The notes under the pieces were generated by a model. It searched no databases. It had not been told where the DNA came from and was given only the letters and a program-made list of their open reading frames with translations. A DNA stretch of 51,818 nucleotides from a virus (Duplodnaviria; Caudoviricetes), in IMG/VR virus record IMGVR_UViG_3300011116_000764, positions 1 to 51,818 of that record; one strand, given 5' to 3'. Of this stretch, positions 26,934 through 35,832 are shown piece by piece (within the stretch, counting starts at the first letter, position 1; every line of letters begins with the position of its first letter). The translations under genes were made by a program, and so were the position numbers.

Positions 26934-27433
26934 ATCTCTCCGACGTGGGCGTTCACCGCGATGCCAGTGGAACCTGCGTAGAAGTGCAGCTCAACCAGCT
27001 CAAAGCCCTGCGAGTCCACGACGAAGTAGGCATCCGCGTTGTCCGCCGAGGGGGCAAACAGCTTGGCGTCACCGGCACCCTTGGTCAGGGTGGCTGCAGC
27101 CTTGAGGGCAGTGCCGTTGATGGTGGTAGTTGCCGATCGCAGCGAGGCCATGGTGACTTCCGCGATCAGGTGGGGGATCCACAGGCGGGTGTCGTTGCAC
27201 AGGGCCCAGCCGATGACGCGGACAGTCGGGGTACCCGACGCTGCCCACGGGTGGATCTTCATGTAGTTCGAGGTGGAACCAAACACAATCGAGCCGACGT
27301 TGGAACCAGTGTCCGTAGCCGGGCGAGTGGCAGTGGCAACCTTGGAGGTAGCCGAGCTGGGGGTAGTGGCGTTAGCTGTCTTGCCACCCAGGTAGGTGTT
27401 GCGGACGATGGTGTTGAGCATCACGTGTGGCAT
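26930..27433 (-). CDS. Beta-rich protein coupled to the fibre gene (putative spike base or partner)
   Basis: GTGA overlap with the fibre gene; Thr/Ala-rich; GAGGA SD. Confidence 0.6.
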   Translation of the reverse strand: MPHVMLNTIVRNTYLGGKTANATTPSSATSKVATATRPATDTGSNVGSIVFGSTSNYMKIHPWAASGTPTVRVIGWALCNDTRLWIPHLIAEVTMASLRSATTTINGTALKAAATLTKGAGDAKLFAPSADNADAYFVVDSQGFELVELHFYAGSTGIAVNAHVGEM

Positions 27434-27975
27434 GGGGGTTCCTCAGAAGGGGTGATAGCAGGGAGTATAGGGCACAGCGCCGCGTTGACCAAGAGGCGTA
27501 CCGCCCACTCAGCCACGGCACGGCGGGCACTCATCGACGTGTTGGGTAAGAGAATCAGACCAATGTTTCTTTCAAGCAGGATGCGGTGGAGCGCGTCGAT
27601 CGCATTCCACGGATCCGGCAGATCCTTTGTGGGGTTCATCGTGTCCAGCAGGTTCCCCTCAAGAAGGAGGTAGGGGTAGAAGCAGGCTTCTTTGAGTCGG
27701 TCCATTGCCGCTGTGAATTTGCGGCGGCCGTCGGCGGTCAAGCAGTTCCCTGCCACCTCGGCTAGCGAACCCTTCCGCTCGATGAGACAGGCGGCTTCGT
27801 ACCCCTTGAGAGCGTAGTCCCCGGTGACGAGCGTGACCTTCTGGGTCTTGATGCGGTGGGTTCGTGAACTCCGGGAGAGAGCAGGCAGGTCCGACCGGAG
27901 CGACGGAAGGTGCTCCGGAAAGGGTAGCGGCTTCTTCTCCCTGGAGTCCACGAGGATCGTGAGTTCGTTGTTCAC
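27421..27975 (-). CDS. ERCC4-domain nuclease (probable resolvase)
   Basis: ILVDSRE, GDY and IERKG motifs. Confidence 0.9.
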   Translation of the reverse strand: MNNELTILVDSREKKPLPFPEHLPSLRSDLPALSRSSRTHRIKTQKVTLVTGDYALKGYEAACLIERKGSLAEVAGNCLTADGRRKFTAAMDRLKEACFYPYLLLEGNLLDTMNPTKDLPDPWNAIDALHRILLERNIGLILLPNTSMSARRAVAEWAVRLLVNAALCPILPAITPSEEPPCHT

Positions 27976-27981
27976 ACCCGT

Positions 27982-27987
27982 AGCCTA
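27982..27987 (-). promoter_or_regulatory. -10 element of putative leaderless promoter
   Basis: TAGGCT, overlapping the pol stop codon, exactly 6 nt before GTG 27975. Confidence 0.4.
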
Positions 27988-29982
27988 GCTGAAGTCGTAC
28001 TCCAAGGGAACTGTGTTGCCGTAGTGGGACTGGAGCTTGGCCCAGTAGCCACGGTCACGGACTTCCTCAATGTGGAACTTTAACTTCCCCTTGAGGGTGT
28101 CGATGTCCACGGAGGGATGGACGTCCAGGTAGACCGCGTCGTAGATCTGGAGGAACATCTTGACCCAGGGTCCAAGAAGGGGGGCGATGGCCCGTTGGAT
28201 GGCGAGCAGGGTGTTACCGGCTTGGGTCTGGATGGGGAAGTTGACGATCTCGTTGAGGTGCTCGGCGCTTCCCCCCACGAAGGTACGGGACTGGCCGGTG
28301 AAGGGCAGGGTCAGGTGGCCGTCGGTGTCCACGCGCTGGAGCAGGGACTGCTGCCAGCGATGGAGGCCAGGGCGGGCGTCGGGTCGGGTCTCGGCAACCT
28401 GCTCGAAGAAGGACATAGGCATGAGCTGGCCGGTCATCTCGTGCACAGACATACGCATGCGGAAGGGGGAGGCGAGAAAGAGGTCGGCAAAGTTCATGGT
28501 CTTGCCCACTTGACGCTCCAACTTCTTGAAGGTAGGTCGGCTGATAGAGTCCGCACCGAAGAGTTGGATGGCACGGTCTGTGTGCAGGTCAAGGCCATCG
28601 TTGAAGGCGGCAAGAAGGGACTTGTCGCCGGAGCACAGTGCAGCTACACGCAGCTCGATCTGCGAAAGGTCGAGAGACAGGATAGTGCCACCATGGAAGC
28701 GCGACTTGATACAGGCTTTGATCTCGGGCGGGAAGGTCTGAGCGGAGGGGTGCTTGCAGGTGATCCGGCCTTGGATGGTGCCACCCTCCGAGCCGGAGTT
28801 GTCCTTCGATGCGGATGGCACGGGATACCAGACTGGGAAGGCGAGCCCGTCAGCCTCGCCGGGGTATGGGAGCGGCAGCACAATGGACGACTTGTCCTCG
28901 GGCTTGTTGCGCTTGCCCTCGAGCAGGGGCCAGACGTAGGTGGAGAGCATCTTCTGTGCGCGCTGATGAGCGGCTGCAGCTGTGAGTACGGCGATCTCCT
29001 TGGTGTCGGTGTCCAAGAGGAAGCCGCGGATCAGGTTGCGGTTGGCGTCGGAGAAGGAGAAGGCGCGTGTCTTCTCGGTGAACTGGGCCAGGGGGTGGGA
29101 CAAGACGTCGATGTTGCGGGACGCCAGCTTCTGGACACACTCATCTAGGAATGTGGTCTTGCTCTTGGCTGAGCCCGTGCCCTCGAGCTGGACGCCGTGG
29201 TGCTCGGCGGACTTCATGGCCAGGTCGGAAGCGATGAGCATGGTCTCACGCATGTCGGTCAGGTCCTCACGGGACATGGGGATACCCGCTTCGGACATGG
29301 TGATGATGGTCCACAGGCAGTCGGAGTAGTGCTGGATGCAGTAGGGCGAGAGCTTGTCCGTGTCGGGCCAGTCGATCAGGGTGCGACGGGCCAACTCGGC
29401 GGAGGCGAGCAGGGTGTTGTGCGTGTCTTGGGCTGCGTAGTCAAGGAACTGCGGATCGTGGGGGGAGTGGAACTTGCCATCCTTGATGGTACGCTTGTAC
29501 GCATGAGTACCGAGGACAGGACCAAGAGACTTGAGCGACCGTTCTGGGCGGAGTTCCGAGTGCAGATAGTTCAGGATGGAGAGGTCGTACAGGGTCTTAC
29601 TGTGGGGGGACAACGCGAACTGGAAGCGGTGGTCACAGGCACGGAGGAACTGCAGGTCGAACGGCAGGTTCATGCCGAGGATAGTGTCGGACCAAGTGAG
29701 CCAGCGATGCAGGAGTACCCGGTCCTTTTCTACGTCCATGTGCAGGGTGAAGGTGCAGCAGGGCTTGGCCTTGTCTAGCGTGATGGCCTTGTAGTTCTTG
29801 GTACACGGGCAGGAGTGGACCTCGGTGGTGATGGTGCAGGTGAGGACCATGTTGTCCTTGGAGACGCCGTCAGTGGTGAGGGCGCGTTGGGGGTGGAACA
29901 CGGACTGCGAGGGGAGGGATTGACCCTTGGCGTTGGCGACGCATGAGCCGTACGTCTCGATGTCAAGGGAGATCAGTTTCAT
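27985..29982 (-). CDS. polA: Family A DNA polymerase with 3'-5' exonuclease
   Basis: Exo motifs DIET, NLPFDL and YAAQD; pol motifs QGR, DLSQIELRV, DLH, RQVGKTMNF, NFPIQ and IYDA. Confidence 0.95.
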   Translation of the reverse strand: MKLISLDIETYGSCVANAKGQSLPSQSVFHPQRALTTDGVSKDNMVLTCTITTEVHSCPCTKNYKAITLDKAKPCCTFTLHMDVEKDRVLLHRWLTWSDTILGMNLPFDLQFLRACDHRFQFALSPHSKTLYDLSILNYLHSELRPERSLKSLGPVLGTHAYKRTIKDGKFHSPHDPQFLDYAAQDTHNTLLASAELARRTLIDWPDTDKLSPYCIQHYSDCLWTIITMSEAGIPMSREDLTDMRETMLIASDLAMKSAEHHGVQLEGTGSAKSKTTFLDECVQKLASRNIDVLSHPLAQFTEKTRAFSFSDANRNLIRGFLLDTDTKEIAVLTAAAAHQRAQKMLSTYVWPLLEGKRNKPEDKSSIVLPLPYPGEADGLAFPVWYPVPSASKDNSGSEGGTIQGRITCKHPSAQTFPPEIKACIKSRFHGGTILSLDLSQIELRVAALCSGDKSLLAAFNDGLDLHTDRAIQLFGADSISRPTFKKLERQVGKTMNFADLFLASPFRMRMSVHEMTGQLMPMSFFEQVAETRPDARPGLHRWQQSLLQRVDTDGHLTLPFTGQSRTFVGGSAEHLNEIVNFPIQTQAGNTLLAIQRAIAPLLGPWVKMFLQIYDAVYLDVHPSVDIDTLKGKLKFHIEEVRDRGYWAKLQSHYGNTVPLEYDFS

Positions 29983-30149
29983 GGGGTTGCCTTTGTGTTG
30001 AGGTAGTCGGTAAGGAAGCCGCGTGCCCTGTCAATTAGTTCGAAGGCTTCTTCCCAGTTGCCGAACTCGTCGAGGGTGTAGTCGAGGAAAGCGTCGTCCA
30101 GATCTGCAAGGAGATCTTTTGCTTCCTTGGTTAGGTTCTTCTTCTTCAT
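29979..30149 (-). CDS. 56-aa acidic protein (absent from ORF track)
   Basis: MKKKNLTKEAKDLLADLDDAFLDYTLDEFGNWEEAFELIDRARGFLTDYLNTKATP; ATGA overlaps at both ends. Confidence 0.7.
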   Translation of the reverse strand: MKKKNLTKEAKDLLADLDDAFLDYTLDEFGNWEEAFELIDRARGFLTDYLNTKATP

Positions 30150-30382
30150 TGGTCGCGTGCCTCCAGTTCCTGGATCTTGGAGAGGAGCTGGGTGTTGCGC
30201 TTGTTGAGATCACGGTTGCGCATGTAGCCGTCTTCAATCTGCTTGTGGCAGTACTTGAAGATCTCCTCCATTTGGTACTCGATGTTGTTGTACGCCTTGA
30301 GTGTTGCGTCGTCGTCGGCGTGTCGAGCACGGAGGACACGAAGTGTGTCACGAATCTCGTCGATGTTGGTATCAGCTTTCAT
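30146..30382 (-). CDS. Small coiled-coil protein
   Basis: AAGGA SD before ATG 30382. Confidence 0.7.
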   Translation of the reverse strand: MKADTNIDEIRDTLRVLRARHADDDATLKAYNNIEYQMEEIFKYCHKQIEDGYMRNRDLNKRNTQLLSKIQELEARDQ

Positions 30383-30590
30383 TGGATTCCTTCGGGTGGA
30401 TCTGGAGTGTGTCGTTGCGGATGACCGTGATCTGGTGATCCATGAAGTGTCGGATGCGTCCGTCGTCAAGGACCACTGCGTAGCACGAGTTGGTGTACAT
30501 GCCTGGGCTACAGATGTAGAGGAGGTAACCCTCGCCGAGTGGTGTGTTGACGGGGATGAGTTGCTGGAACTCATGGATTTGATTGTGCAT
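30372..30590 (-). CDS. Small hypothetical phage protein
   Basis: IHEF...IPV.TPLGEGY pattern; coupled to UDG. Confidence 0.7.
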   Translation of the reverse strand: MHNQIHEFQQLIPVNTPLGEGYLLYICSPGMYTNSCYAVVLDDGRIRHFMDHQITVIRNDTLQIHPKESNES

Positions 30591-30593
30591 AGG

Positions 30594-31319
30594 TCAGTCC
30601 ATCTTGGGGTTTTTGCGGAACTCATTGTTCCAGTGGTTGGCATCCGCTGGATCGGTGGGTGAGAAGGGGGTGACGATGCGGGGGCTGGATGCTACGGGCA
30701 TCTGGCCGATGAGGGCTGAGTGCACGAGTGTCATGTGGTCGGCGACTGGGTGGAGGAGATTGCGGGAGCGGAGAACAGCGGCGGGGTGGAACGTGGTGAA
30801 GAGTTGCCAGTCCCCCCACAGTCCGGTCGGTGTACCTTGTCGGGTGAATGCAGAGGTTAGCGACCAGGGCTTGGGGTGTGTGAACTTGGTGACGGTGGAA
30901 ATTGCGTGAGCGCCTACGCAGAGCAGGATCTTGGGGATGTGGGCGTAGACCGCATGGCCTACAGCGTTGAGGTCAACAGCGGAAAACTTGGGGAAGCAGG
31001 TGCGGAAGTGACGGGGCTTGGGTGGAGCAGCGGCTGGGGTATAGCAGCGGGCTGCGTTGAGGAGGATGACTGAGGCATGGGGGAGGATGGATGGGAGGTA
31101 GATCTCCTTGAGCATCTTGCCGGAGGGGCCAACGAACGGTTCGTTGAAGCGGTCCTCTTGGAAACCTGGGTTCATGCCGAGTACTGCGACGAGTGGGGTG
31201 GTGGGGGATGGGGGCAGAGAGTCAGAAAGAAAAACCCCGGGGACTCCAGGGTTCTTTGCGTGCTTGTGCAGTTCGCAGGCAGTGCAGGATGGGGCGGAGG
31301 GCAGGAGTGGTAGGTTCAT
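30594..31319 (-). CDS. Uracil-DNA glycosylase family 4-like (Fe-S) protein
   Basis: CTAC, GMNPG..ED....PFVGPSG, NAARC, a fourth Cys and TFHPAAVLR. Confidence 0.9.
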   Translation of the reverse strand: MNLPLLPSAPSCTACELHKHAKNPGVPGVFLSDSLPPSPTTPLVAVLGMNPGFQEDRFNEPFVGPSGKMLKEIYLPSILPHASVILLNAARCYTPAAAPPKPRHFRTCFPKFSAVDLNAVGHAVYAHIPKILLCVGAHAISTVTKFTHPKPWSLTSAFTRQGTPTGLWGDWQLFTTFHPAAVLRSRNLLHPVADHMTLVHSALIGQMPVASSPRIVTPFSPTDPADANHWNNEFRKNPKMD

Positions 31320-31597
31320 GCTGGTTCCTTTTGTGGGGGGATGCACCAATCCCAGATGGCTTCGTACTGATCTGGGACGATGAGCTTGCGGCAGAGTTCG
31401 TGCTGATCGCGGTCGATCATGAAGGCGTAGGGGAAGAGCTTGTCCCCGTCGGGGTGTGACTCGATGATGCACAGGGTGGGGTAGCGGGCTCCTGTGTCCT
31501 CATGGCGCAGATCCACAAGTGTGATGGCGGGTATGGGTCGCTGCTTGAAAGCGTGCCACAGAGTACGCAGGTTAGTTCCGTTGGCTTCAGATGGCAT
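31316..31597 (-). CDS. Hypothetical protein
   Basis: AAGGA SD; ATGA overlap with UDG. Confidence 0.7.
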   Translation of the reverse strand: MPSEANGTNLRTLWHAFKQRPIPAITLVDLRHEDTGARYPTLCIIESHPDGDKLFPYAFMIDRDQHELCRKLIVPDQYEAIWDWCIPPQKEPA

Positions 31598-31610
31598 GGT
31601 GGGGATCCTT

Positions 31611-33722
31611 CTACCGGTTGGCAAGACACTGACCGATTCCTGTGATGAGCTGGCATGCAATGGGGACTGCATCCAGAGGGGACTGAACCGTGAACCACTT
31701 GTCGTGATTGTACTGCTCACGCATGGTGTGTGCATCAACGCCGGAGCCGAAGCCTACGGCGAACACAGGGATAGGCAGGTTGTTGACGAGGTGACGGACG
31801 CTGTGAATGTTGTCACTGAAGGGTTGCTGCTGCTCATATGGGTCGTCCACGGTACCACAGGGTGCACCATCGGTGAGGTGGATGATGAGCTTGGTTGCGT
31901 CGGGGTAGTGAGTGTGGAGGTAATCGGACGCAGCCTTGATGCCAGTGGCGGATGGTGTGCCACCGTAGGTGTCGGTGAGAAGGAGTGCATCCTCGCTGTC
32001 GAGACGACGCATGTGGCACATGCTGAGGCTGGCACATGTGATACTGGGATCTGACTTGGTGTGGATGTAGTCTGACTGGTCTTCCGCGGCACCACCAGAG
32101 TGGTAGGAGAAGGAGCAGAGAGAGACGTTGTGTGCACGGGACAAGCCATCCTTGAGGCCGGCGAGGAAGGCGAGTGCCTCTTGCATGATGCAGTGAGTAG
32201 GTTGCCAGTTGCCTTGAGGGTCGATGGTCTCGGGGTAGACGTTGGCGGACATGGAAGAGGACGCGTCGACGAGGACGGCAATGGCGATCTGACCATGGCC
32301 AACCTCGGGTGGGGTTGAGAAGATGTGCGGGTCGTCAAATGCAGCGAGGTTGAGTAGGCTGCCTTCGTCGAGCACGCCCTGAAGCTGGGCATGTTCAGTG
32401 GGTGGCGGAGAAGGGACGTGCCACGCGGCAGCGCTGATGGACTCGGCGATGGAGGAACGGACCTTGTCCTGCAACTTCTGGGACTTGTCACGGTATTTGG
32501 CAAGGCCAGGGTTGAGGTTGACGACACGAGCGACCTGATCGGTAGGCATGACTTCGTAGAAGACGGCGGGTGGTGGAGTGCCGGGAGTCTTGAGGGTGCT
32601 GGGATCGGCATCGGCCTCGTCCTTGCTGGGCTCGATGTGACCGTCGGCGTTGCCATGCTGCTTGCCGTGGAAGGACTTGTCCTTGTCGGGGTTGCCGTCA
32701 AGGCCAATGCCGCTGGAGCCACGACGAGGAGCGCTACTGCGCTTGGGCTTCTCTTCGAGGGTGCAGAGCATGTCACTAAGGTCTTTGACCAGTGCATTGA
32801 TGGCAGTGAGATGGGCTTCGGTGTTGCGAGGTTGGGTGAGGATGTCTGGCCAGCGAGAGACGGCCAGGTCGTAAGCGGGCTTGAACTGACGAGGGAATGG
32901 AATGCGTTCAGCGGGCTGGGCGTTGAGGTTCCATGCGAGGGCCATGCAGAAGCGACGGAGTTCGCAGCGGTACTTGCTCTTGGTCTTGACCGTGGTGTGC
33001 ATCTCCTCCGTGGGGGGAAGGAGCACGGAGTCTTGGGCTGCGAAGATGGAATGCCAGCCCGGCCACTGGGTCAGGATGCGATTGCGAATGTCGCGCACGC
33101 ATGCTGCGTACCAGATGTCAAGAGTGCAGTCTGCAAGGATCGAGGGGATCTTGACGAAGCCGCTGGCGTCGGGCGAAAGCTTGCTGTCTTGGATGAGTTG
33201 GGCAGCCAACATGAGGCCGTCGTAACCGATGTTGAGACAGGCAGTGTCACGCTCCATCGACTCGAGTCCGTAGCCGGTGATGGCGTCGGCCAGAGTGTAG
33301 ATGTCGGGAACGACGTCAAGCATGCGGTCGGAGATGAGACTGACTGGGATGAAGATTGTAGGTCGTTCATCCTGTTCACCTACGTAGCCCACGGTGGGGT
33401 TGTCGTAGACAGCACCGTGTTGGTACGCGTGGATGAAATTGTGGACGAATGACTGCTTGTCTCGGGCGTATGGTTCGCGCTTCCAGTCTTCAATGTAGCG
33501 ACGCATGTGGTTGGAGAAGGACTCGATGGCCGAGCAGATGGAACGGTGGCCGATGCTGCTGAGCTCAACGTAGCGCACTTCCATGGGCTGGTGGGCCCAC
33601 AGAGACCAGATCTTGTTGGTGATCTCGCTCGTGCGGGTCAGGAGGTTGCGCTTGTTGTTAGCGTCCTCCTCGAACCAGCCACTGGTGTCGATGTCGAAGT
33701 TGTCGAGGATGCGTTGAAACAT
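31611..33722 (-). CDS. vWA (MIDAS) domain protein, CobT-like partner of MoxR ATPase
   Basis: VLVDASSSM, GGTP and HLTDGAP motifs; TAATG coupling to the AAA gene. Confidence 0.85.
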   Translation of the reverse strand: MFQRILDNFDIDTSGWFEEDANNKRNLLTRTSEITNKIWSLWAHQPMEVRYVELSSIGHRSICSAIESFSNHMRRYIEDWKREPYARDKQSFVHNFIHAYQHGAVYDNPTVGYVGEQDERPTIFIPVSLISDRMLDVVPDIYTLADAITGYGLESMERDTACLNIGYDGLMLAAQLIQDSKLSPDASGFVKIPSILADCTLDIWYAACVRDIRNRILTQWPGWHSIFAAQDSVLLPPTEEMHTTVKTKSKYRCELRRFCMALAWNLNAQPAERIPFPRQFKPAYDLAVSRWPDILTQPRNTEAHLTAINALVKDLSDMLCTLEEKPKRSSAPRRGSSGIGLDGNPDKDKSFHGKQHGNADGHIEPSKDEADADPSTLKTPGTPPPAVFYEVMPTDQVARVVNLNPGLAKYRDKSQKLQDKVRSSIAESISAAAWHVPSPPPTEHAQLQGVLDEGSLLNLAAFDDPHIFSTPPEVGHGQIAIAVLVDASSSMSANVYPETIDPQGNWQPTHCIMQEALAFLAGLKDGLSRAHNVSLCSFSYHSGGAAEDQSDYIHTKSDPSITCASLSMCHMRRLDSEDALLLTDTYGGTPSATGIKAASDYLHTHYPDATKLIIHLTDGAPCGTVDDPYEQQQPFSDNIHSVRHLVNNLPIPVFAVGFGSGVDAHTMREQYNHDKWFTVQSPLDAVPIACQLITGIGQCLANR

Positions 33723-34750
33723 TAGAAGGGCTCCGTTGCGGTGGTGGTGATGGTGTCAGCCATGAGATTGGGGAACTTGCCAGCGAGCAGGGTTGCCATG
33801 GCTGCACGCTTGGAGTGGTCCTCGATCTTGGACAGGATGGTGTAACGCAGGGACTGCTCGCCGTACTTGGCGATGTCCGATGCGGCAGCGAGGAGTTCAC
33901 GCGTGGAGATGGGCTCGTGGGTTGAGGCCTTGCCGCGCGTGTTGTGTGCGATTGTGGCGAGTGCAGTGCACGAGTCAAGCTTGAGACCAGTGCGACGAGA
34001 GAGGAGTGCTGCCTCCTTGGGGGTGGGCAGGTAGGTGACCTCGACGACACGAGAGAAGCGATCGCGCAGTGCGAGGTCAACGGGCGAGGCACCGAGATAC
34101 TTGGCGCCCATGTTGGTGGTGGCGACGAACGTGGTGTTGGGTCCGACGCGTACGGCAGCGCCGCGCTCCTCGATCCATGAGGCACGACGATGGTCGAGCA
34201 GAGGCATGAGACCGTTGAGCACGGATGCTGGGGCACGATTGAGTTCGTCGAGCACGATGACGCAGTTGCCGGAGGTGACAGCGCGCACGAACTCGGTGTC
34301 CTGCCAACGGATGCTGCCGTTGTGCACAGTGCGGAAGCCGAACCAATCGCGTGGCTCACGGATCACGGAGCAGTCCATGATCAGGAGGCGCTTGTTGGTT
34401 TCCTGTGCAAGCCACTGACCGATGGAGGTCTTGCCGCAACCGGCGGGACCGATGAGGCGGAGGTTCTCGACGGCGGTGGAGGTGCCGATGGACAGGAGGA
34501 ACGACTTGAGATTGTCATCGAGTTCCAGGTCGATGCGCTCCGTTGGAGTGGCGGGCGTGGTGCCGGGGACGGAGATGCCGTTGGGGGCAGTGGCGAAGAG
34601 TCCGTCGTCGAAGGCAGGCTTGTGGGTCTCGGGCTCGATAGTGGGGGGCATGGTGTCCTTTCGTGTGGTGACCGGAGCTGCGGGTGAGGCAGCCTTGACG
34701 GCGTTGATGCGGGCGAGGATTGCGGCGCGTGCGGTGGGCGAGATGTTCAC
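33722..34750 (-). CDS. MoxR/CbbQ/CobS-like AAA+ ATPase
   Basis: GPAGCGKT, IVLDELNRA, ATTN, ALRDRF and STREL motifs. Confidence 0.92.
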   Translation of the reverse strand: MNISPTARAAILARINAVKAASPAAPVTTRKDTMPPTIEPETHKPAFDDGLFATAPNGISVPGTTPATPTERIDLELDDNLKSFLLSIGTSTAVENLRLIGPAGCGKTSIGQWLAQETNKRLLIMDCSVIREPRDWFGFRTVHNGSIRWQDTEFVRAVTSGNCVIVLDELNRAPASVLNGLMPLLDHRRASWIEERGAAVRVGPNTTFVATTNMGAKYLGASPVDLALRDRFSRVVEVTYLPTPKEAALLSRRTGLKLDSCTALATIAHNTRGKASTHEPISTRELLAAASDIAKYGEQSLRYTILSKIEDHSKRAAMATLLAGKFPNLMADTITTTATEPF

Positions 34751-34947
34751 TTGGTGGTCTCCTTGTTGACGAGGTGGTTCTTCATGATGTCGAGGACTTC
34801 GGTCATCAGTGTGCGGACGAGTTCGTACTTCTTGTCAACGGCCATGATCATGTCGCTCTGGTTCTCAAAGAGCTTGGCGGTCGTGTCGATGATGGCGTTG
34901 TGCTTCTTCTCGAGTTCGAGAATGCGGTTCATGATGGGGTCAGACAT
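34747..34947 (-). CDS. Small coiled-coil protein
   Basis: AAAGGA SD; GTGA overlap. Confidence 0.7.
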   Translation of the reverse strand: MSDPIMNRILELEKKHNAIIDTTAKLFENQSDMIMAVDKKYELVRTLMTEVLDIMKNHLVNKETTK

Positions 34948-34958
34948 GGGGGTTCCTT

Positions 34959-35261
34959 TCAGCGGAAGTTGAGTGGGAGTTTTGACATTTTGATGACAGG
35001 CAACTTCAGGGCCTGACTCATGAGCTTGAGTTCGGACTTGAGCTGGCGGAGTGCCTCGGTCTTGGCTGCCTTCGTGTGCCAGTGTGGACCATGTGCAAAG
35101 GCTGTGCCCATGGGTCCGCGGTTAACGAAGGAGTAGTTGACGATCTTCTTGTTGTCGTAGTACACCTCGCAGAGTGTGAAGCATTCGCCACCGGGTCCCA
35201 TGTCAACGACGCGGTAGTTCCAGTGTGTCCAGCCCGATGAGTTGTTGGGTTTCTTCTTCAT
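34959..35261 (-). CDS. Hypothetical phage protein
   Basis: WNYRVV...EVYYD pattern; AAAGGA SD. Confidence 0.75.
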   Translation of the reverse strand: MKKKPNNSSGWTHWNYRVVDMGPGGECFTLCEVYYDNKKIVNYSFVNRGPMGTAFAHGPHWHTKAAKTEALRQLKSELKLMSQALKLPVIKMSKLPLNFR

Positions 35262-35271
35262 GTGGTTCCTT

Positions 35272-35832
35272 TCAGAAGGGGTACTTGGGGTCAGAGGGCA
35301 GATCGTTGTAGTCGTCCGGGTAGGGCGAGTCCTTGTAGTGAGGGTCCCAGGTGGGAGGCTTGGGCTTGAGGTGGGCGTTGGGCTTGGGGTTGAAGCCCAT
35401 GGCCTTGAGGACCTCGGGCATGTGCTTGCCGTTGATGGAGACGGCGTCCTCTTCGGTGTCCTTGGGCAGGCAGACGACGAGTCCGACGCGATCGGGCTGG
35501 CCGGGCAGGGAGATGGGGCCGAGGTCGTCCTGCTCCTTGAGGACGGTGGTGCCGCGCAGGGAGGCGGACATCATGAGCTTCATGCACAGCAGGTCGAAGA
35601 AATCAACCCAGAAGCGGTCGGGTGTGGAGTGATCAGGTGACATTTGCGTGATGATCTCATGCTGGGCACCGGACTTGGAACCGAAGGGCGTGGTGGCGAA
35701 GCAGTCGTAGTCACGGGCTTCGACGCGGTCAGCGATGACGGCGTTGCCACGAGTGCGTGTGCGGGAGACGGAGATGATTGTGCCGTCCCCCGCTGCGGTG
35801 CTGATGGTGATGGAATGGATCAGGGGGTTCAA
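35272..35832 (-). CDS. Hypothetical protein
   Basis: Probable TTG start overlapping the upstream TGA, with GGAG SD; start uncertain. Confidence 0.6.
   Translation of the reverse strand: MNPLIHSITISTAAGDGTIISVSRTRTRGNAVIADRVEARDYDCFATTPFGSKSGAQHEIITQMSPDHSTPDRFWVDFFDLLCMKLMMSASLRGTTVLKEQDDLGPISLPGQPDRVGLVVCLPKDTEEDAVSINGKHMPEVLKAMGFNPKPNAHLKPKPPTWDPHYKDSPYPDDYNDLPSDPKYPF

Noticed and set aside
28117-29148. 343-aa + strand ORF, and similar ones at 32391-33452, 24261-25091 and 21803-22579
   Set aside because: Antisense shadows of well-supported genes produced by GC-rich codon bias; no motifs.
27985-29982. Z-genome (DpoZ/PurZ) system
   Set aside because: No PurZ, DatZ or MazZ-like gene recognised.
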